Source: a virus
Lineage: Duplodnaviria; Caudoviricetes
Direction: 5' to 3' (one strand)
Virus record (IMG/VR): IMGVR_UViG_3300020151_002511
Coordinates: 1-64,000 of that record
DNA: 64,000 nucleotides
Part shown: piece after piece, positions 23,401 through 37,612 of the stretch
How positions within the stretch are numbered: the stretch's first letter is position 1
Layout of the letters: every line of letters begins with the position of its first letter
The notes under the pieces: model-generated
The model's input: only the letters and a program-made list of their open reading frames with translations
Told to the model about the DNA's origin: nothing
Databases searched by the model: none
Made by a program: the position numbers and the translations under genes

Positions 23401-25309
23401 AGATTCTAAAGTTGATGACATATTATCTAAAACAACGGCAGCAATAATTTCTCCATCTGATACAGTTGACATTATAACTAATCTTTCTGGAAAGCAATTT
23501 CTTTATGGAGAAGCAACACATAATCAATACAAAGTTCTCAAAGAGCTTATGGACAATAACGGACCAGAAGCAACTCTTGCAGTGGAAAGAATCCTTATGC
23601 AAAATGGGTATGATAAGGGAATGTCACTTACTCAAAATGTTGCTGACGCAGCAATACAGGGTAGGTTTGAAAGGATAGGAAGACTTAGGGCGGCGGCAAT
23701 TGAAGCTGGAATGTCCGGAGACTTACTTGCTGGATTAGATCCAGAATTCATTAAGGCAAGACTTAAAGGTAAAGACACTTTAAATATGGCGGTTGAGTTT
23801 TTAGAAAAAGGATTTAGGGAGCAAGCAGGAGATCTTCTTAATACAAACGCAGAAATGAAGAGTTATTTATCTGAAATTAATTTAGCAAAAAAAGCAAATA
23901 CTAATTCTGAGCTAAATGAACAAGTTACAAGAATAGCTGGAATGGCAGTTGATAGTCAGTTTGCTCACGCTAGTGCCATGGCTAGAATTGGAAAAAATAG
24001 CAAAGAGGCTATAGATGCAGTATCTGATACTATATATGCAAGAAGAACAACTCAATATCTTGGGGAAATTAATACCTCTCGAGAAGCTAGTACGTTAGCA
24101 GAAAATATACTTAATGAATATTCAAGATTAACTACTGAAAGTGAAGATGTTTTATCGAACATATCAGCTAAGACTGGAGCTGAATCAGAAACTTTTATTT
24201 ATGAGGCTCTATTAAAGAAGCAACAAATAGGAGAGCAGCTAAGGTCTATGATTTATGCTGGCGCACAAGGAGCTCAAAATACTACAGTTCAAGACATATT
24301 GGATAATATGGAGAGACTTTCTAATACATCTAGACATAGAGGTGTAAGTGGTTATGGGGACTTGCTAACTGCAACTGGAGATGAAAACGACCTTAAGAAG
24401 TTAGTATCCGCAGCTAAGAATGCAAGAGAATTAAAGTTTTTAAAAAGACAAGAAAACATAGAATCTTTAGCAAATCAACTAGATGACATGATAGCTCAAG
24501 CTAAAGCTATGAGCGTAGAAGACAGAGCGGACATCTTAAGACAATCAAGAGATGTTCTAGAGTCACATATAAGAATGAATACATCAAGAGTTTCTGACGA
24601 CCACAGACTTGCAGCAGCTTTTATTGCTAGATTTGAACCAGAAACTGGACTAGCTAAGATGGGTGTAGATGAAGACACTTTACTTATTTCTAGAAGAATA
24701 TTACAATTTTCTAATGCAAGAAGAAGTCTTAAAGATACCGGGATGGAAGATATCTTATCTTACTCTGGAACTGGAACAGCAGCCGACTTGGCTCCAACAC
24801 CCATAGATGAAGATGTTAGGTCTAGAATTTTGTCTGGAGTAACTGAGTCTGATCAAGAGGATGATCTAACTAATTTAGCTCAAGCAAATCGTGGAAAATA
24901 TAAAAGGTTGACAGACTCATGGAGAGATGGAAAACTTGGTGAGGCATTTGATAATCCAATAATTAAAAAATCAGCTTATGCTGCAGTTGGATTAATCGCA
25001 GCTAGTTTCATCTACGCTGGTTCAAAAGATAGAGGCGAACAAGAAATTTCAGGTCCACCACTTTTACCTGGTGGATCAGCATATGAAACTCTTCCTCAAA
25101 GAACCCCTCAGATACCAGATACTTCTATGTTCTCGGGTTATAAACCAGGAGTTGGATATTCAGTTCACATTGAAGGTTCAAGGAATCAAATAGAAGCTTT
25201 TGGCAGTAGCGCAAGATCTGTTGCTAAAGGGCCAATTAACAGTACTATGTCTAGAGGACTCCCTCAATTAGGTAGAGATCCCTACTCAGAAGTAGCTAGC
25301 TCTTTTTAG
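20406..25309 (+). CDS. Large virion-region protein (~1,633 aa), possibly a single-subunit two-barrel RNA-polymerase-like protein; joined by two +1 shifts (21894, 22420)
   Basis: Three consecutive ORFs, each linked by an in-frame CGG; motifs YDGTSVI, SRIF...MVKA, GGFDLDD, FRQPT; C-terminal hydrophobic segment. The fusion is better supported than the function. Confidence 0.5.
21894..21897 (+). other. CGG-N +1 recoding site 4 (ATG CGGA CAA)
   Basis: Window bounded by +1-frame TGA 21871-21873 and 0-frame TGA 21954-21956. Confidence 0.8.
22420..22423 (+). other. CGG-N +1 recoding site 5 (CTT CGGT GAA), the only CGGT site
   Basis: CGG immediately followed by 0-frame TGA; +1 frame GEQKGQEIDAVEFQ runs into ORF 22463. 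Confidence 0.85.
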
Positions 25310-25317
25310 GTGTTGAT

Positions 25318-25782
25318 ATGATTCTTGGTGCAGACAATCAAAATAAAAATTTAAGAATAGCATCAAACATTAAGTCGAATCCAAACACAAAAACAAGAAC
25401 AGCAAATCATTACTCTGCTTCAATCTCAACTTCTAAGACATCAGAATTTTCTAGTTCTGCAAGAACGCAAAGAACCACAGCTCATCAATCTAGAAGTAAA
25501 TTGAATGATGGTAACCCAGATCCAATTAGAGGATCTATGGAGGGTCTGGACACTGGTAAATCAGCTCATGTTCAGATGGACAATAGGGGTTATGATGCAA
25601 CTCAACTTCAAACAGCTAGATATAAATCTAGAGATCAAAATTTTAGTACTCAAAAAGGTGCTAGTTTTCTTTTTACAAATAAACAAAATCAAGGTATAAT
25701 TAATAATTATACAAATGAAACTATGACTGGTAGCTCCAGTGATAGACTAAATCAATCTCTTAATATTAACGGAATGTTTTAA
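25318..25782 (+). CDS. Hypothetical protein (Ser/Thr/Asn-rich)
   Basis: Fills the gap between two large genes; AGGTG RBS. Confidence 0.6.
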   Translation: MILGADNQNKNLRIASNIKSNPNTKTRTANHYSASISTSKTSEFSSSARTQRTTAHQSRSKLNDGNPDPIRGSMEGLDTGKSAHVQMDNRGYDATQLQTARYKSRDQNFSTQKGASFLFTNKQNQGIINNYTNETMTGSSSDRLNQSLNINGMF

Positions 25783-25784
25783 TT

Positions 25785-28700
25785 ATGGCTGAACAGGTAT
25801 TAAATACAGAAGTAACAGAATACATGAAGGGCCTTGATAAGGTCGAGATTGAAGCAATTATAGCTGATGTTCAAGATTTATTTGATTACTACTACGAACC
25901 TGGTTTACAAGCGTTAAGGACGGCAATTAATAATGATCCTAACGTTAAATGGAAACAACAATTTCAAAACAAGTTATCACAGTTCAATAGTGCATATTTT
26001 GAATATGATTATTTAGACAGTGGATTAAATACGCGTATAGAAACGCAGGATGGTCCATCAAGTGCTACTCAAGATAGAATTAAAGACCTTTATAATATTT
26101 ATTTTAAACCAATAAAAGACGCTGGAAAAGGCATTACTAGGACAAATCCAAGGGTTAAATCTAGTACTGGTGGATTAAAAACTACAACTGGTCCAACTTA
26201 TCCAGTAATGAGCGCTGGAATTTTATCTTTTGGCAAAGAATATTACCCACCAAATATTTACAAAAGAACAAACTTATATAAATCGCTTGGTTCAAAAGAT
26301 ACATATTCTGCAATAGCATTTACTGACTACATGTTCAGGTATTTTCTTGACTCAGAATCCACTAAGGAGCCTGATGTAGAATTATACGTAAAACAATACA
26401 TGGCAAGAAAATCTGACTTACCACCAGGTAAAGATTTAGGCATAGTCTACAACAGAATGTACAGTGAGACTATAGCTGGAACACTAGCTGCATTAAGGGC
26501 TATAAAAGAAAAATTACAGAACTACTCTGCGGAAAATCAAGAATATAAATCAAACCCAGAATCCTCAGTAGTCGAAGGCGCTAATACAACATTTTTAGAA
26601 GAACAACTAAATACAATTTTAGGAAAGTGGAAGGTTACTTTCGACCTTGATGGCTATATAGCAACCAAACTTCCAAAAAGATTACTTGACGATTCCTCAA
26701 AAATAGAATCAATTAAAAAAGGTTTTTATAATTTATTTCAACCATCTGGTGCTGCTACTATCCCAACAAATGAAAAATATGGCAAAAATATATGGGACAA
26801 AATACGCACTAGTGGACTACTAGATCTAGCAGTTAGCGCTGGCTCAATAGCAGAGTTTGCCCAAAAAAGATTCTCAGTAGGAGAAGGTCTACTTGACCCC
26901 GTAACGGGAAGTGCTAAGAATGCTCTTGATCCAGTAAGAGACACTATGTGGCTTAATGACCTATCCAGGGTTATGACAACTCTAACTAGAGATCCCATTA
27001 CTCTTTCTATAATACAAAACTACTTTCCAAATTTAGTTACATTATTTTTTAATGCTACCGCAGCTGCTGCAGATTATTCTGGTGGGAGTTCAGATGACCC
27101 GTTAAATAACGTAGAGGCATTAGCTAAGTCACTAATTGATTCTTTTGGTCTAGACAAAGATGGTAAGCCAGTTTTTGAAGCCGCATGGGACTTCATTAAC
27201 ACTGGACAAAGGATCCAAGAAGCACTTAAGCAGTTCCCGTTCAGGGAAAACATTACACCTAAAACACCGGACCTATTTCACTTAAGACTTGGAGCATCAA
27301 ACTTTTATGTCCCTCCAGTTGCTATATCTATTAACTCTCAGTTTAAAACCGGAAGTCTTACTGGTGGAGCAATCAGGCAAAAGAGTTCTCCAAAGTTTAA
27401 TGCTGGGTATAAAGAAACTTCAATAAATCTTAAATTATTTTTTCCTAATTATGAAGAAATATGGGGCATATCAATAGATGGAATTAAAGATTTAAGTATT
27501 GATAAAGATTTTAAAATTGACTTTAAACAAGCAGGAAATGAAGAACAGATAGATAAATTTCTTTCTTCATTAAGAGGTCTCGTAGCAGCATTTAAGTATG
27601 CTCCTATACTTCCAATTAAAAATGTATACTTGAATTCTGTTCATGGAATAACCGGAGTAGCTCTTTCTTCAATGAGCATCTCAACTATTCCTAACTATCC
27701 ATTTGCTTTGGTAGTAGATCTAGAGCTTCTCAGCTTTAATCACAAACCATTCCTTCCAATGATTAAGGATTTTAATCAAGCTGTTCACTGGGGCAAGTTT
27801 AGACACTACATGGGCAAAGCCGCTGGAAGTCTACATAGTTATATAAATGAATCATTCTTTACCGAGATAAACCCCGATGAACCCGCAACACGCCTTGCTG
27901 GAGATAGAGGATATGAGCTAATACAGCTTAAGGAAAAAGATGGAGAAGAGCCAGATCTTATAAAAGATCCGTTTAAGAATGATATTTTTAATACAAATGT
28001 TATAAAAGAATGGCGTAATGGAAATAATATAAGTCTATATATTCCAGAAAGAACTCAAACAAAAATATTTACTCCAGACACATCTTCGTTCAGAGGAGAA
28101 GAAGAAAAACTCTTAGAAGATACAGGTCAGGCATTTTGGCAAAGTGCTCTTAAATCTATAGGTATTGACATAAACGAGTCAGAATCATATGGCAGAAGTC
28201 TTGATTCAGTAGTTCAAACTTCAATAGAAGGATCAATAAGTCCTTCTGCTAGAAGAATAGTTTTAGAGAGCATCGACATTATTCTTGCTGGAAAAAATAG
28301 AAAAGAATTTAATGAGAAAGCTTATGATTTTTATGCAAAAGCTTTTGTATTTGAAAATAAAAATTCATTAGATCAACCTGAAATCAATTATATTTTAGCT
28401 AAACCTGGCAGCCTACCTCCAGGTGACTATACATCAAATGCAAAACTCTACTATTACAGGAGTAAACCGCTTGAAAAAGAAAATTCAAGTGGTTTTTCCG
28501 TTAACTATTCTTTAAAAAACATCAGAGATTTATTTGAAAAATCATCTACTGGAGTTAAAGCATTTTTGAATAATCTTTCCGAGCAAGACGCTCAAGAAAA
28601 AGCATCGACAACTGGTAAGAAAAAAGAAGAGTTTATTGAACAATCTAAAGAAGATATTGGTAGAGCGTTTAACGTCTTATTCTATAATAGATACTTTAAT

Positions 28701-31700
28701 AGTGGTCCTATTCAAAAATTAATGGAAGCTAAAAGATTAGGATCTGCTAACTATCAATTTAATGAATGGGAAGTTCCCATGATGAGAGTAGACCTAGATC
28801 CAAAGGCAGTAATAGTCAATGGCGTTTCTTTAACATTAGGAAACAATCTAGCAAAAATGCAACTTCAAATGCAAGATGAGCCAACATATCAACATATAGG
28901 TGGCAAAGATACTTATATGAATATCTCTATGACTGTATTTGGAGAAAAAGAATTAATAAAATTAAGAAAAGTTTTTGAACATATTAACGGCCTTGCAAGA
29001 CTAGAACACTCAACTGGAGTAATAGGATTCATGGGCATAAAGAATATTATCGCTGGTCTAGCTGGCATGAAGTACGTAATGCCTTTAACTTATCAAGTTG
29101 ACACTATTAATAACTATCCTCACGTTTATGATGTAAGGATTTCTTTTGTGGACTTTGACATATTTCAACAACAAAAAGAAAAACTTTCATCAAAACAACA
29201 AGCTGATATGATTAAAACATTTGGCACAAAGAGAAATCCATTTCTTCGCATAAAGCAGTTATGGGGATCATTCAATGCTTATCCAGATTTTCCATTAATG
29301 GTTAAGGATTCAGCTGGAGAAACTGTTGGAACACTAGATCCTGATTATTATTTTAGATCTTTTGAGATGTTTGATGATGACGTTATTCACCATCTTCAGA
29401 GTGAAGAAAAAAGGTTAGAAAACTTTACTGTTTCTCCAAAAGGATTAGACTCTCAATCAACGACAAGTAATCAAGCTAGAAATAACAAAATACTTAATGA
29501 TATTAAAGACTTAATTATTAATAATAATATTGCAGCTTTAAAAAATTACTTTAATGAGAAACAGATTACATTAATGGAAGCAGCTGCTTATGTAGAAGGA
29601 GCCGTAAGAGAATTTCTTAAAGGTCAAAAGTCAAATCTTCTTTCTGATTTCATTGAAGAATACCCAGAGGTAGACGGTCAAGCCGTAAAGCTTTCTGTAG
29701 AAAGAACTGTTGGCTCAGAAGGAATAAAATATCAAACCAAAGTTGGAGATGTTAAATACTCGGCAGACAATGCAATTGGTGAAATACAAAAACTTTTAAG
29801 TTCAACACAAAACTCTTCTTCTAATGAAGAGTTTATGAGTATTAACACTGAGGAATTAGATATTCACCACACCATAACGCTAATACCTGCATCAGAAAGC
29901 GTTTCAGACGATAAATTGCCAGCGATGCTTTACCACGCAAATGGCTATCATCTTGGTTATGTTGGAAAGTATGATAATAGATTCTATTTTACTTCTGATG
30001 GAGTTCAATTAACTAAGGGAAGTTCTAGTAATTCAACCGATGGCAAGATAGAGTATAGGCCAGTAGCCATACCTTATGGCGACGCTGATAGTCCATCAAA
30101 AGCATACGCTGCAAAAGATGCAAATGGCAAGGAGATGGGTGCAGCTCACATAACGTCACTAGGCGGAACTGGTTCTAACTTATCTAGAACTCATGATCCT
30201 TACACTAAAAGCGATGCAAATACAGCAGAAGTAACATCTACCAGTAGCACTGAAGGGTCAGTGGCAAAACACTGGGAAAGAATGTTGATCGATACTAAGT
30301 ATCGTGACATATCTGGTCGAATGATTAGAGCGTTTCCAACATACATGCTATGGCTTATTGATGAGGGCGGTTTTGTATCTGGCATAAAAGTATTCGATAA
30401 TTTTTATGGCCTGCAATCAGTAATAGATTTTTCAATTGTTCAATCTGAAGATATTCTTGGAGATACTCTAATGCTCAGAGTATCAAATATGTACTCTAAA
30501 TTAACCACAGCCGAATCAAGTGCTATATTTAGAGTAGATGAAGAATACAGCGGCGAGCCAACTAATGCAGTAGAGGGTATAGAGTCGGTACTTGATAGAG
30601 TTCTTAATAGAGCAAGATTTGCTGCTGCACATATGCAAAACGATTACATAGTAGATATCAATAATATAAGACTTAAACCTGGCGTTAGAGTTCACTTAAG
30701 AGGTGGATACGGGTCAAACCCCAATGCTTTGCAGACACTTTTTAATGGAGTTATTACTCAAGTTGAAAACGGTGAGATTGTAACAATTACTGCTCAGTCC
30801 GATGCAATAGAACTTAGCCCTATAGTTAACTCTACTAATAAAAAAGGTGATAGTGGAAAAATAGATGGTGGCATAAACACTGGATTTTGGCTTTCCGAAC
30901 CAAGAGATTTAATGGTAAGACTTTTGTCAATGGGTACCTCTAGGTTTAGAGAAGGTTTTGCTCACGCTACAAGAGGAAGAATATTTTCTGAAAATAAATT
31001 TGGAATAAGACATTTTGGAACAATATTATATGAGCCACTCAACGATATAGAAAAAGCAAAAAATGAAGCTGTAGTTTCCTCAGTCAAAGAAGCTCATAGT
31101 TCGTTGGGACCAGGTTCTGGAAACTCTTCGGGAAGCGGTTCCTCTGTTGATGTTTTGACTTCTGGAACAATTGAAGGAATGAGAAATTTTGGTCCAGAAA
31201 TAAGACCCGCTGGAACTGGTCTGATGCACACTTTGTGGGCAAACTTTTCTGCTCAAAGAGATTTTGAAATCTTTAAAAGAAATATTTATCCAGGAAATGG
31301 AACTGGAATAGCACAATTTTTAGGGGGAGACTTAGGCGATGGATGGGCCTCAGTAGCAAGTTTAACTCCAGATGAAAACACAAATGAAAGAATAAATTAT
31401 ATAGGAAGAGTTACTGACTATTCCTGGAACAAGCTTACCGCTCAATATAGTCAAGGCTACACTCCTGCTGGAGCAGATGCCAAGTCATTAATCGATACCA
31501 ATTCATCGGCTAATCAGATCAATAATAGCAATGGTTCTGCAGACGTTGGTAGAGCTATGATAGGTGGAGCAATAGCTGCAGCTGGAATAGCAATAACAGG
31601 TGGTTTGGGTGCTCCAATAATTGGCGGAGCATTAGCTTTAACTGGTCTAGGAGGAGTTCTTAGCGGAAGAGGCGGAACTCACATAATGAATACGTTAGGA

Positions 31701-34700
31701 ATTACATCAGGGATGGATGATGATCTTCCTGGACTTGACGAAGTCTCATTTAGGGCTCAAACATATATGAGAAGTGTTTGGGATTTGTTCCAGATGTGTG
31801 CAAGATTACTTCCAAATTACATTGTAGCAATAAGACCGTTTGAAGATAGGTCAACTGTTTTTTATGGCAAACCACATTGGCTGTATACTTCTGGAGTTGT
31901 TCCACTCACTACTGGGTTCCCGGTAAGATCAAAAGCCAAAGAGCTTGGAATTATTGGCCCAACAGAAATAGATGTTGATGATTTCTTAGCAAAAACAATG
32001 GAGCAATTAAATAAAGAATCAAGTCCATTAGCTGATTCAGCAGCGTTTAGTGCTGGTAATTCATCACTTATTTCTATAACTGATCTACTGTCTATGCAAT
32101 TAAACACAACTGCTGAAGGAAGCGTTTATCTACCTACATCTGGAGATGGTAGTTTTAGGGGAAAAATAGTACCATTTGGATATAAGTCTACTATGGAATT
32201 TAAATCTTCAAATGGAACTATTCTTTCTAAACTTCCCACATCAATGGGGTATGCAACAATAGGTTATCACCTTCCTATCGGAGGTGACTTAACTGAAGTT
32301 GAACTAAATGAAGAACAACTTTCTAGCCATAGACAGATAGGTGAACTACCATATAGATACAGATTTCCTTTCTTTACAGAAAGAAAAGACAATATAATTC
32401 TAGAAGATTTTGCCTATTATGCTTTAGCCGATGAGCTTGGCACTTGGGGTGGAGGTAGTTATAAGTCTGATTATCAAACACTAGCCTTAGACAACTGGTC
32501 ATATAATGGTGGTGGCGGAAGTAAAGGCGAAACAAACTGGGTTAATTTACTTAAAAAAGAATCACAGTTAGTAACCACTAACACAACAGATAGTGTTAAT
32601 CTTGAAAATAGAAATAAATTAAAAATTGCCATTAAGATGGAAATGGGAAATACTCCTATTTTCTCCGCTGACTCATCTATATCTGGAGATTCTTATATAT
32701 TTTCAGAAAGATTAAATGGGAGTATTTCTAAAATTATTAGAATGCCACTTCCAGAAACTAACGTAACTTTTGAACCAGGAAAAGCTGCAAAAGAATATGA
32801 AATTCTTCAAGATTATCAAAGTACCTCTAACGCAGCAGCTCTGCTAGAATGGACTCCTCCATCAAACGCTCTTGAGGAACAATTTTACATTGCTATGCAA
32901 TGGCCATATCAACCTTTATCAGGAGACATGGGCACAAATCTTGATTCATCACTTGAATATAATGCGTCAAGCGTAAGCGCAGAAGCTTTTCTTCATAACT
33001 ATGGCATTAAAGCAACTGAAACATTTGGAAATGTAAAAGATTATAAAAATAGAAAAGTAATGGTCTATAGTCCAAGCACGGGAAAAGCAGTTGTTTGTAA
33101 ACCAGCTTATTTTATGTGGGGAAATAGTACTGTAAGAATACCTGAACAAGCTTCTGGTAAAAATCGTGATGAATTCGGAAACACAACAAGTATAGATAGA
33201 GATGCCTCACGGAGGCACAAACCAACTTATGTTCGAGCAAGAGGTTCCTCTTTCTGCAATAGTATCTCCTGATGCTGCTTACTTTCTTGGAATGTTAAAT
33301 TTAACTCCGATAGAATCAGAATTTTGGTCAGATGGTAAATCTTCAAAAAGCGAAAACGAATGGGCTGGCGCAGAAGACGCTATTACAGCTTTGGCTAGGT
33401 CAGGAATAGCTCCATTCCCAGTTCCTAGAATATGTTATTACGCATTTGTTCCAGACAGTACTCCTTTAGGAGTTGTTCCAGATATAGTGCTACCGGCAGA
33501 TGAGTTTAAAGCAGCTGATGGAACAACTATTGAAGAGATTGGTAATGGTCAAAAAATAATAGGATTTGGCCTATTTACAGTAAAAGGTAATGGCAAAAAA
33601 GAAGTAGTTAAATCCAGTAACTATAACCAATCAAAAGGTTCATTTAATGAATTTTTTGAATTACAACTTTCATCTAGCGTAGAATTATCTAATGTTATTG
33701 ATTCTGTTGGAAAACTAGAATTAGGTGGAAATATATATGGAAATGGAACAGACGCAAAGAGCTATTTTGATTTAGTAAAAGAAAAAAATTATTCTGCTAT
33801 TGATCAAGATACATTAAGGGAAATTGTTAAGAATGAAAAGAAAGAAAATCTTAATATATCAGAAAGAAGATTTGCTGAAGTATACGATCCATTAGATTCT
33901 ACTTCTGTTCAAGCTAGACAATATTATGATGAAGACTATGATCAAAATGTAAAGGTTATTGCAGGAAATGGCAGAACTCTTCAGCAAGCAACAGGGATAT
34001 GGGATCAATTTAGATTTGGATATCACACATATACAAATGTCAAAGAATCTTTTCAAAGAGCATATGGATTAGATCCAGATTCAGAAGAACAAATACCAAA
34101 CGCTTTTCTATCGCAACCAAATACTACTTCAGCTGCAGATTTTCGTAGATTTGAATCTGCGGATCCAAATAATAAAGATGAAATGGAATTAGCAGCTGCC
34201 TCCTTAAGAGATGAGCCATTTGCAAAATATGGCTCAAGTGGAAAAACAGCTGAAGATGAGTTCTCAACTATATTCGGAGATAGCTTTTTTGAAACTCCAT
34301 ATCAATTTAAAGATGAAAGCGGATTAGTTAGATCATCTGTATCACCTGGATTCCAAGCTAATTTAAGAACCGGATTAGAACAAGCTAGAGTAAATTTTAT
34401 TGACGCAGGAAAAGAAAATGACGGACTAATAGATTACTTTAATGACCTAGTTTTATCTAAAGCGCAAAGATTAAGAGTTCTTATACTTGAAGGTCTAAAG
34501 CAATCTGGAGTACAACCAGAGGATGCTGATCAATATATCCAGTCAATTACTACCCCAAAACAACTGTTCCTTTTCGTTGTAGGTGCATTTAGAAATACGA
34601 TGTGGAAAGATCCATATGCTAGAGCATGGCTTGTTCTTAAGCCTAATATGAAATATACTTTTGACAAAGATCAGTGGGACTTTAGCCCTGTGTTAAAAAT

Positions 34701-37611
34701 TTTTCAAGCATTCATAGATCCTAATGAAGACTATGCAAAGAAGCCTGATAAATTTAAAAAATTATTAGCAGCAAATAGATCAGAAGGAAGCAGTAGTAGC
34801 AACTGGTTCGGTAAGACGCTAGAAGACGTAGATGGATTTTGGGATAAAAATGTTGGCCCACTATTTAGCGCTATAGGCGATTCATTATCTGGACTTGTCA
34901 ACCTTTTCAGAATGTCAATGATGCAACTTGGTTATGGCTTATCTCAGGTAGGTCAAATGTCAAAACAGGCAAATATTTTAAACAAAGTTCTCAATGACTC
35001 AATCTACTACTCACTTGGAAGACCTGGCTCTTTATTAAGGGCAGTAGACAATCCTTTTACAAGAGAATATGGTGAGCCAGTAATTGAGATTAGACAACCA
35101 TTCCAGAGAATACATTATCTAAGTTCTTTTTCTCACATTCTTTCAAATGGAATAACAGAGAATATAAATGGAGTTGCCACTATGGTAACTGCTGTTTCTG
35201 ATGGAAAATATCCTGTAACAGTTGCGCTAGATAAATCTGCTCCACCAGAAAGACAAGTTGAAAAAACAGTTGAGACTGGACTTTATTTTGACAATGTAGT
35301 TGGGTCTGGATTATTTGGAGCACTGCATCCCATAATGCATCCGTTTGAATTTGCTAGAGGTATATCTAAAGTAGCACAAGGTACTCCTGATGAACTTTTA
35401 GCTAAAAGAGTTGCATTGTCACACTTGAGAGAGTCTTTAAAAGATATTTATACTGGGGAAATTGTAATCATAGGTAATGCAGATATTAGACCTCACGATT
35501 TAGTCTACCTCGCTGACGTATATGAAAGAATGTATGGCATGTTTGAGGTTGAACAAGTTGTGCATCATTTTACTTCAGAGCTTGGATTTGTAACTTCAAT
35601 TACGCCAAACGCTTTGGTTACAGTAAATGATCCGGCAAGATGGTTTATGTCATCTTGGATTGGAACATGGCTACACATGCAATCATTGAGAAATGACACC
35701 AGAATGTACATGAGTTCTTTAGGTTCTGGAATAAATAACATGGGCCAAGTCAGCGTTGATGGACTTTCAGATTCATTGCAAAGTCAAATGATTGGAGGAA
35801 TGCAATATACACATGGAGCCTCGGCAATCACTAAAGATATAATGGCCCACTTTGCTTCTGAGGGCATAGCTGATATTAACTCTCAGGTTAAAGGATTAGT
35901 CAGCAATCAATCTGCTTTTACTAATGGAAGCGCCAAGCTAGGTGGATTGGGTACCATGTTTACGGCAGCTACAGCCTTAGGTGGTGCAGCACTAGGAATA
36001 GCTTCATTGGCTGTTCCTGGGGCCGGAGCACTAGTTGTAGGCGCTGCTACTGGTATAGGTGCTGGAATTGGAGGAAGGACAGCATGGAAGGGCTGGAGCT
36101 GGATTAGAGACAATGTACTAGATCAACATGGTTGCTATATTCAATATCTCAATAGGAACGGAAGAGCTATGGACGCCGGTCTTAATCAAAGTGGTCAAGG
36201 AATGGTAGTTGGCAGATATCACACAAAGAAACTTCTTCCTGGAATTTTAGGAGTTTCAAGTAAGGTTAGAACAGAGCAGGGGTACAGCTATATTAGAACA
36301 AATGACTTGCTAAAAAATCTTGGATGGAAAGAAAAAGAAATAAACGATTTAGTTAGGTATGTAGACTTAGAGAATGCACTAGTTAACTCTCAGGTACTTA
36401 GATACTCAGGAATAGGCCCTGAAAAAGCCGGACTTAATAGATTCTTTAAAGTAATATGCAGGGTTACAGAAGTTACAGACGGTGACACTATAGATGTAGT
36501 TGACATTTTTGATTCAACTAAGACTCCATTTACAATACGTTTTCTAGGAGTAGCGGCTCCTGAATTAAATGTAATTAAATCTGCTGTTTCAACAAATAAT
36601 GGAATTAATTTTAAAGTTCAATCGTATAGAGTAGAAGACATTCCAGGCGAAGCAGTAAACAAAGCTATCTTTACGACTGTTGCTCCTCATTCCTTTGAGG
36701 TTGATGATACTGTAGCTTTTAATCAAAGTTCAGAAACCTTTCCATCTGTTAGTTCAGCTGCCAAGGTTGAGTCAGTAACATCAAATACGTTTACTATTGC
36801 AACTACTTCTCCAGTTGTCGGATTAACTTCAACAAATGCAGTTGCGCTAAGATTGCCAATCTCAGACAGTGTCAAGGAATGGTCAAGTGTTAACTATCTT
36901 TCACCTGGAGGAAAATCATTAGCTTATGTAGAATCTGCAATTAAAGATAAACTAATTATTGTCAGACTATCTCCTGATACAAAAAAGGTAACTGCATCGC
37001 TTGCGGAGGAAAATTTTGACGCAGGAAATGTTCATAATAAATCAGACTATTATGAAAAAGATATTTTTGGCACCAGATCTCTAGGTGTTATATTTTATAA
37101 GTCTGATAAAGAAGCTGTAGATAATATAGCCAAAGAAGTCAATTCTATATTTGGTACATCTTTGCAATTATCGCTATCCGATTTATTGGATAAAAAGTTA
37201 AAATTAAATTTAGCTGAACCAGTATTTATTGAAAGATTTAAAGAGATATTCAGTACCTGCGAAGAAGTATATAATAACTTAACCGTAGGTGGCAGCGGGA
37301 ATAAAGATTACTATTCCCTATATGCAAGTTCGCCATTGCAGTCAATGAGTCCAAAGTTTAAAAGATATTATAATGCTTTTTTTGCAGTTAAAGTTCTTGA
37401 ATATATATATGGAAAAGTTTCAGAATGGCCAAATATAGAATGGGATGAGTTCTATAGCGATGGAACTCCAGCATCATTAAACTATGAACTTATTGTAAAT
37501 AATTTAGCTAAAGTCTATACAAAAGACCTACTAGTAGAACAAAGGTCAGTAATAGATGGAACTGAAATGGCAGCTCTTCCAAGTCAAATAGAAGTGAATA
37601 GGAATACATAA
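25785..37611 (+). CDS. Giant baseplate-hub-like virion protein (~3,941 aa) with C-terminal staphylococcal-nuclease-like domain; joined by +1 shift at CGGA 33210
   Basis: Hub-like motifs on both sides of the shift (LKPG.RVHLR.GYGSN...LFNG.I..V...TAQ; G.I.IIGN..IRPHD.VY....MYG.FEV..VVH.F...GF.T.ITP); SNase motifs DGDT, IRFLG..APE, LN.EL....LAKVY. Confidence 0.65.
33210..33213 (+). other. CGG-N +1 recoding site 6 (TCA CGGA GGC)
   Basis: Window bounded by +1-frame TAG 33193-33195 and 0-frame TGA 33270-33272. Confidence 0.8.
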
Positions 37612-37612
37612 C

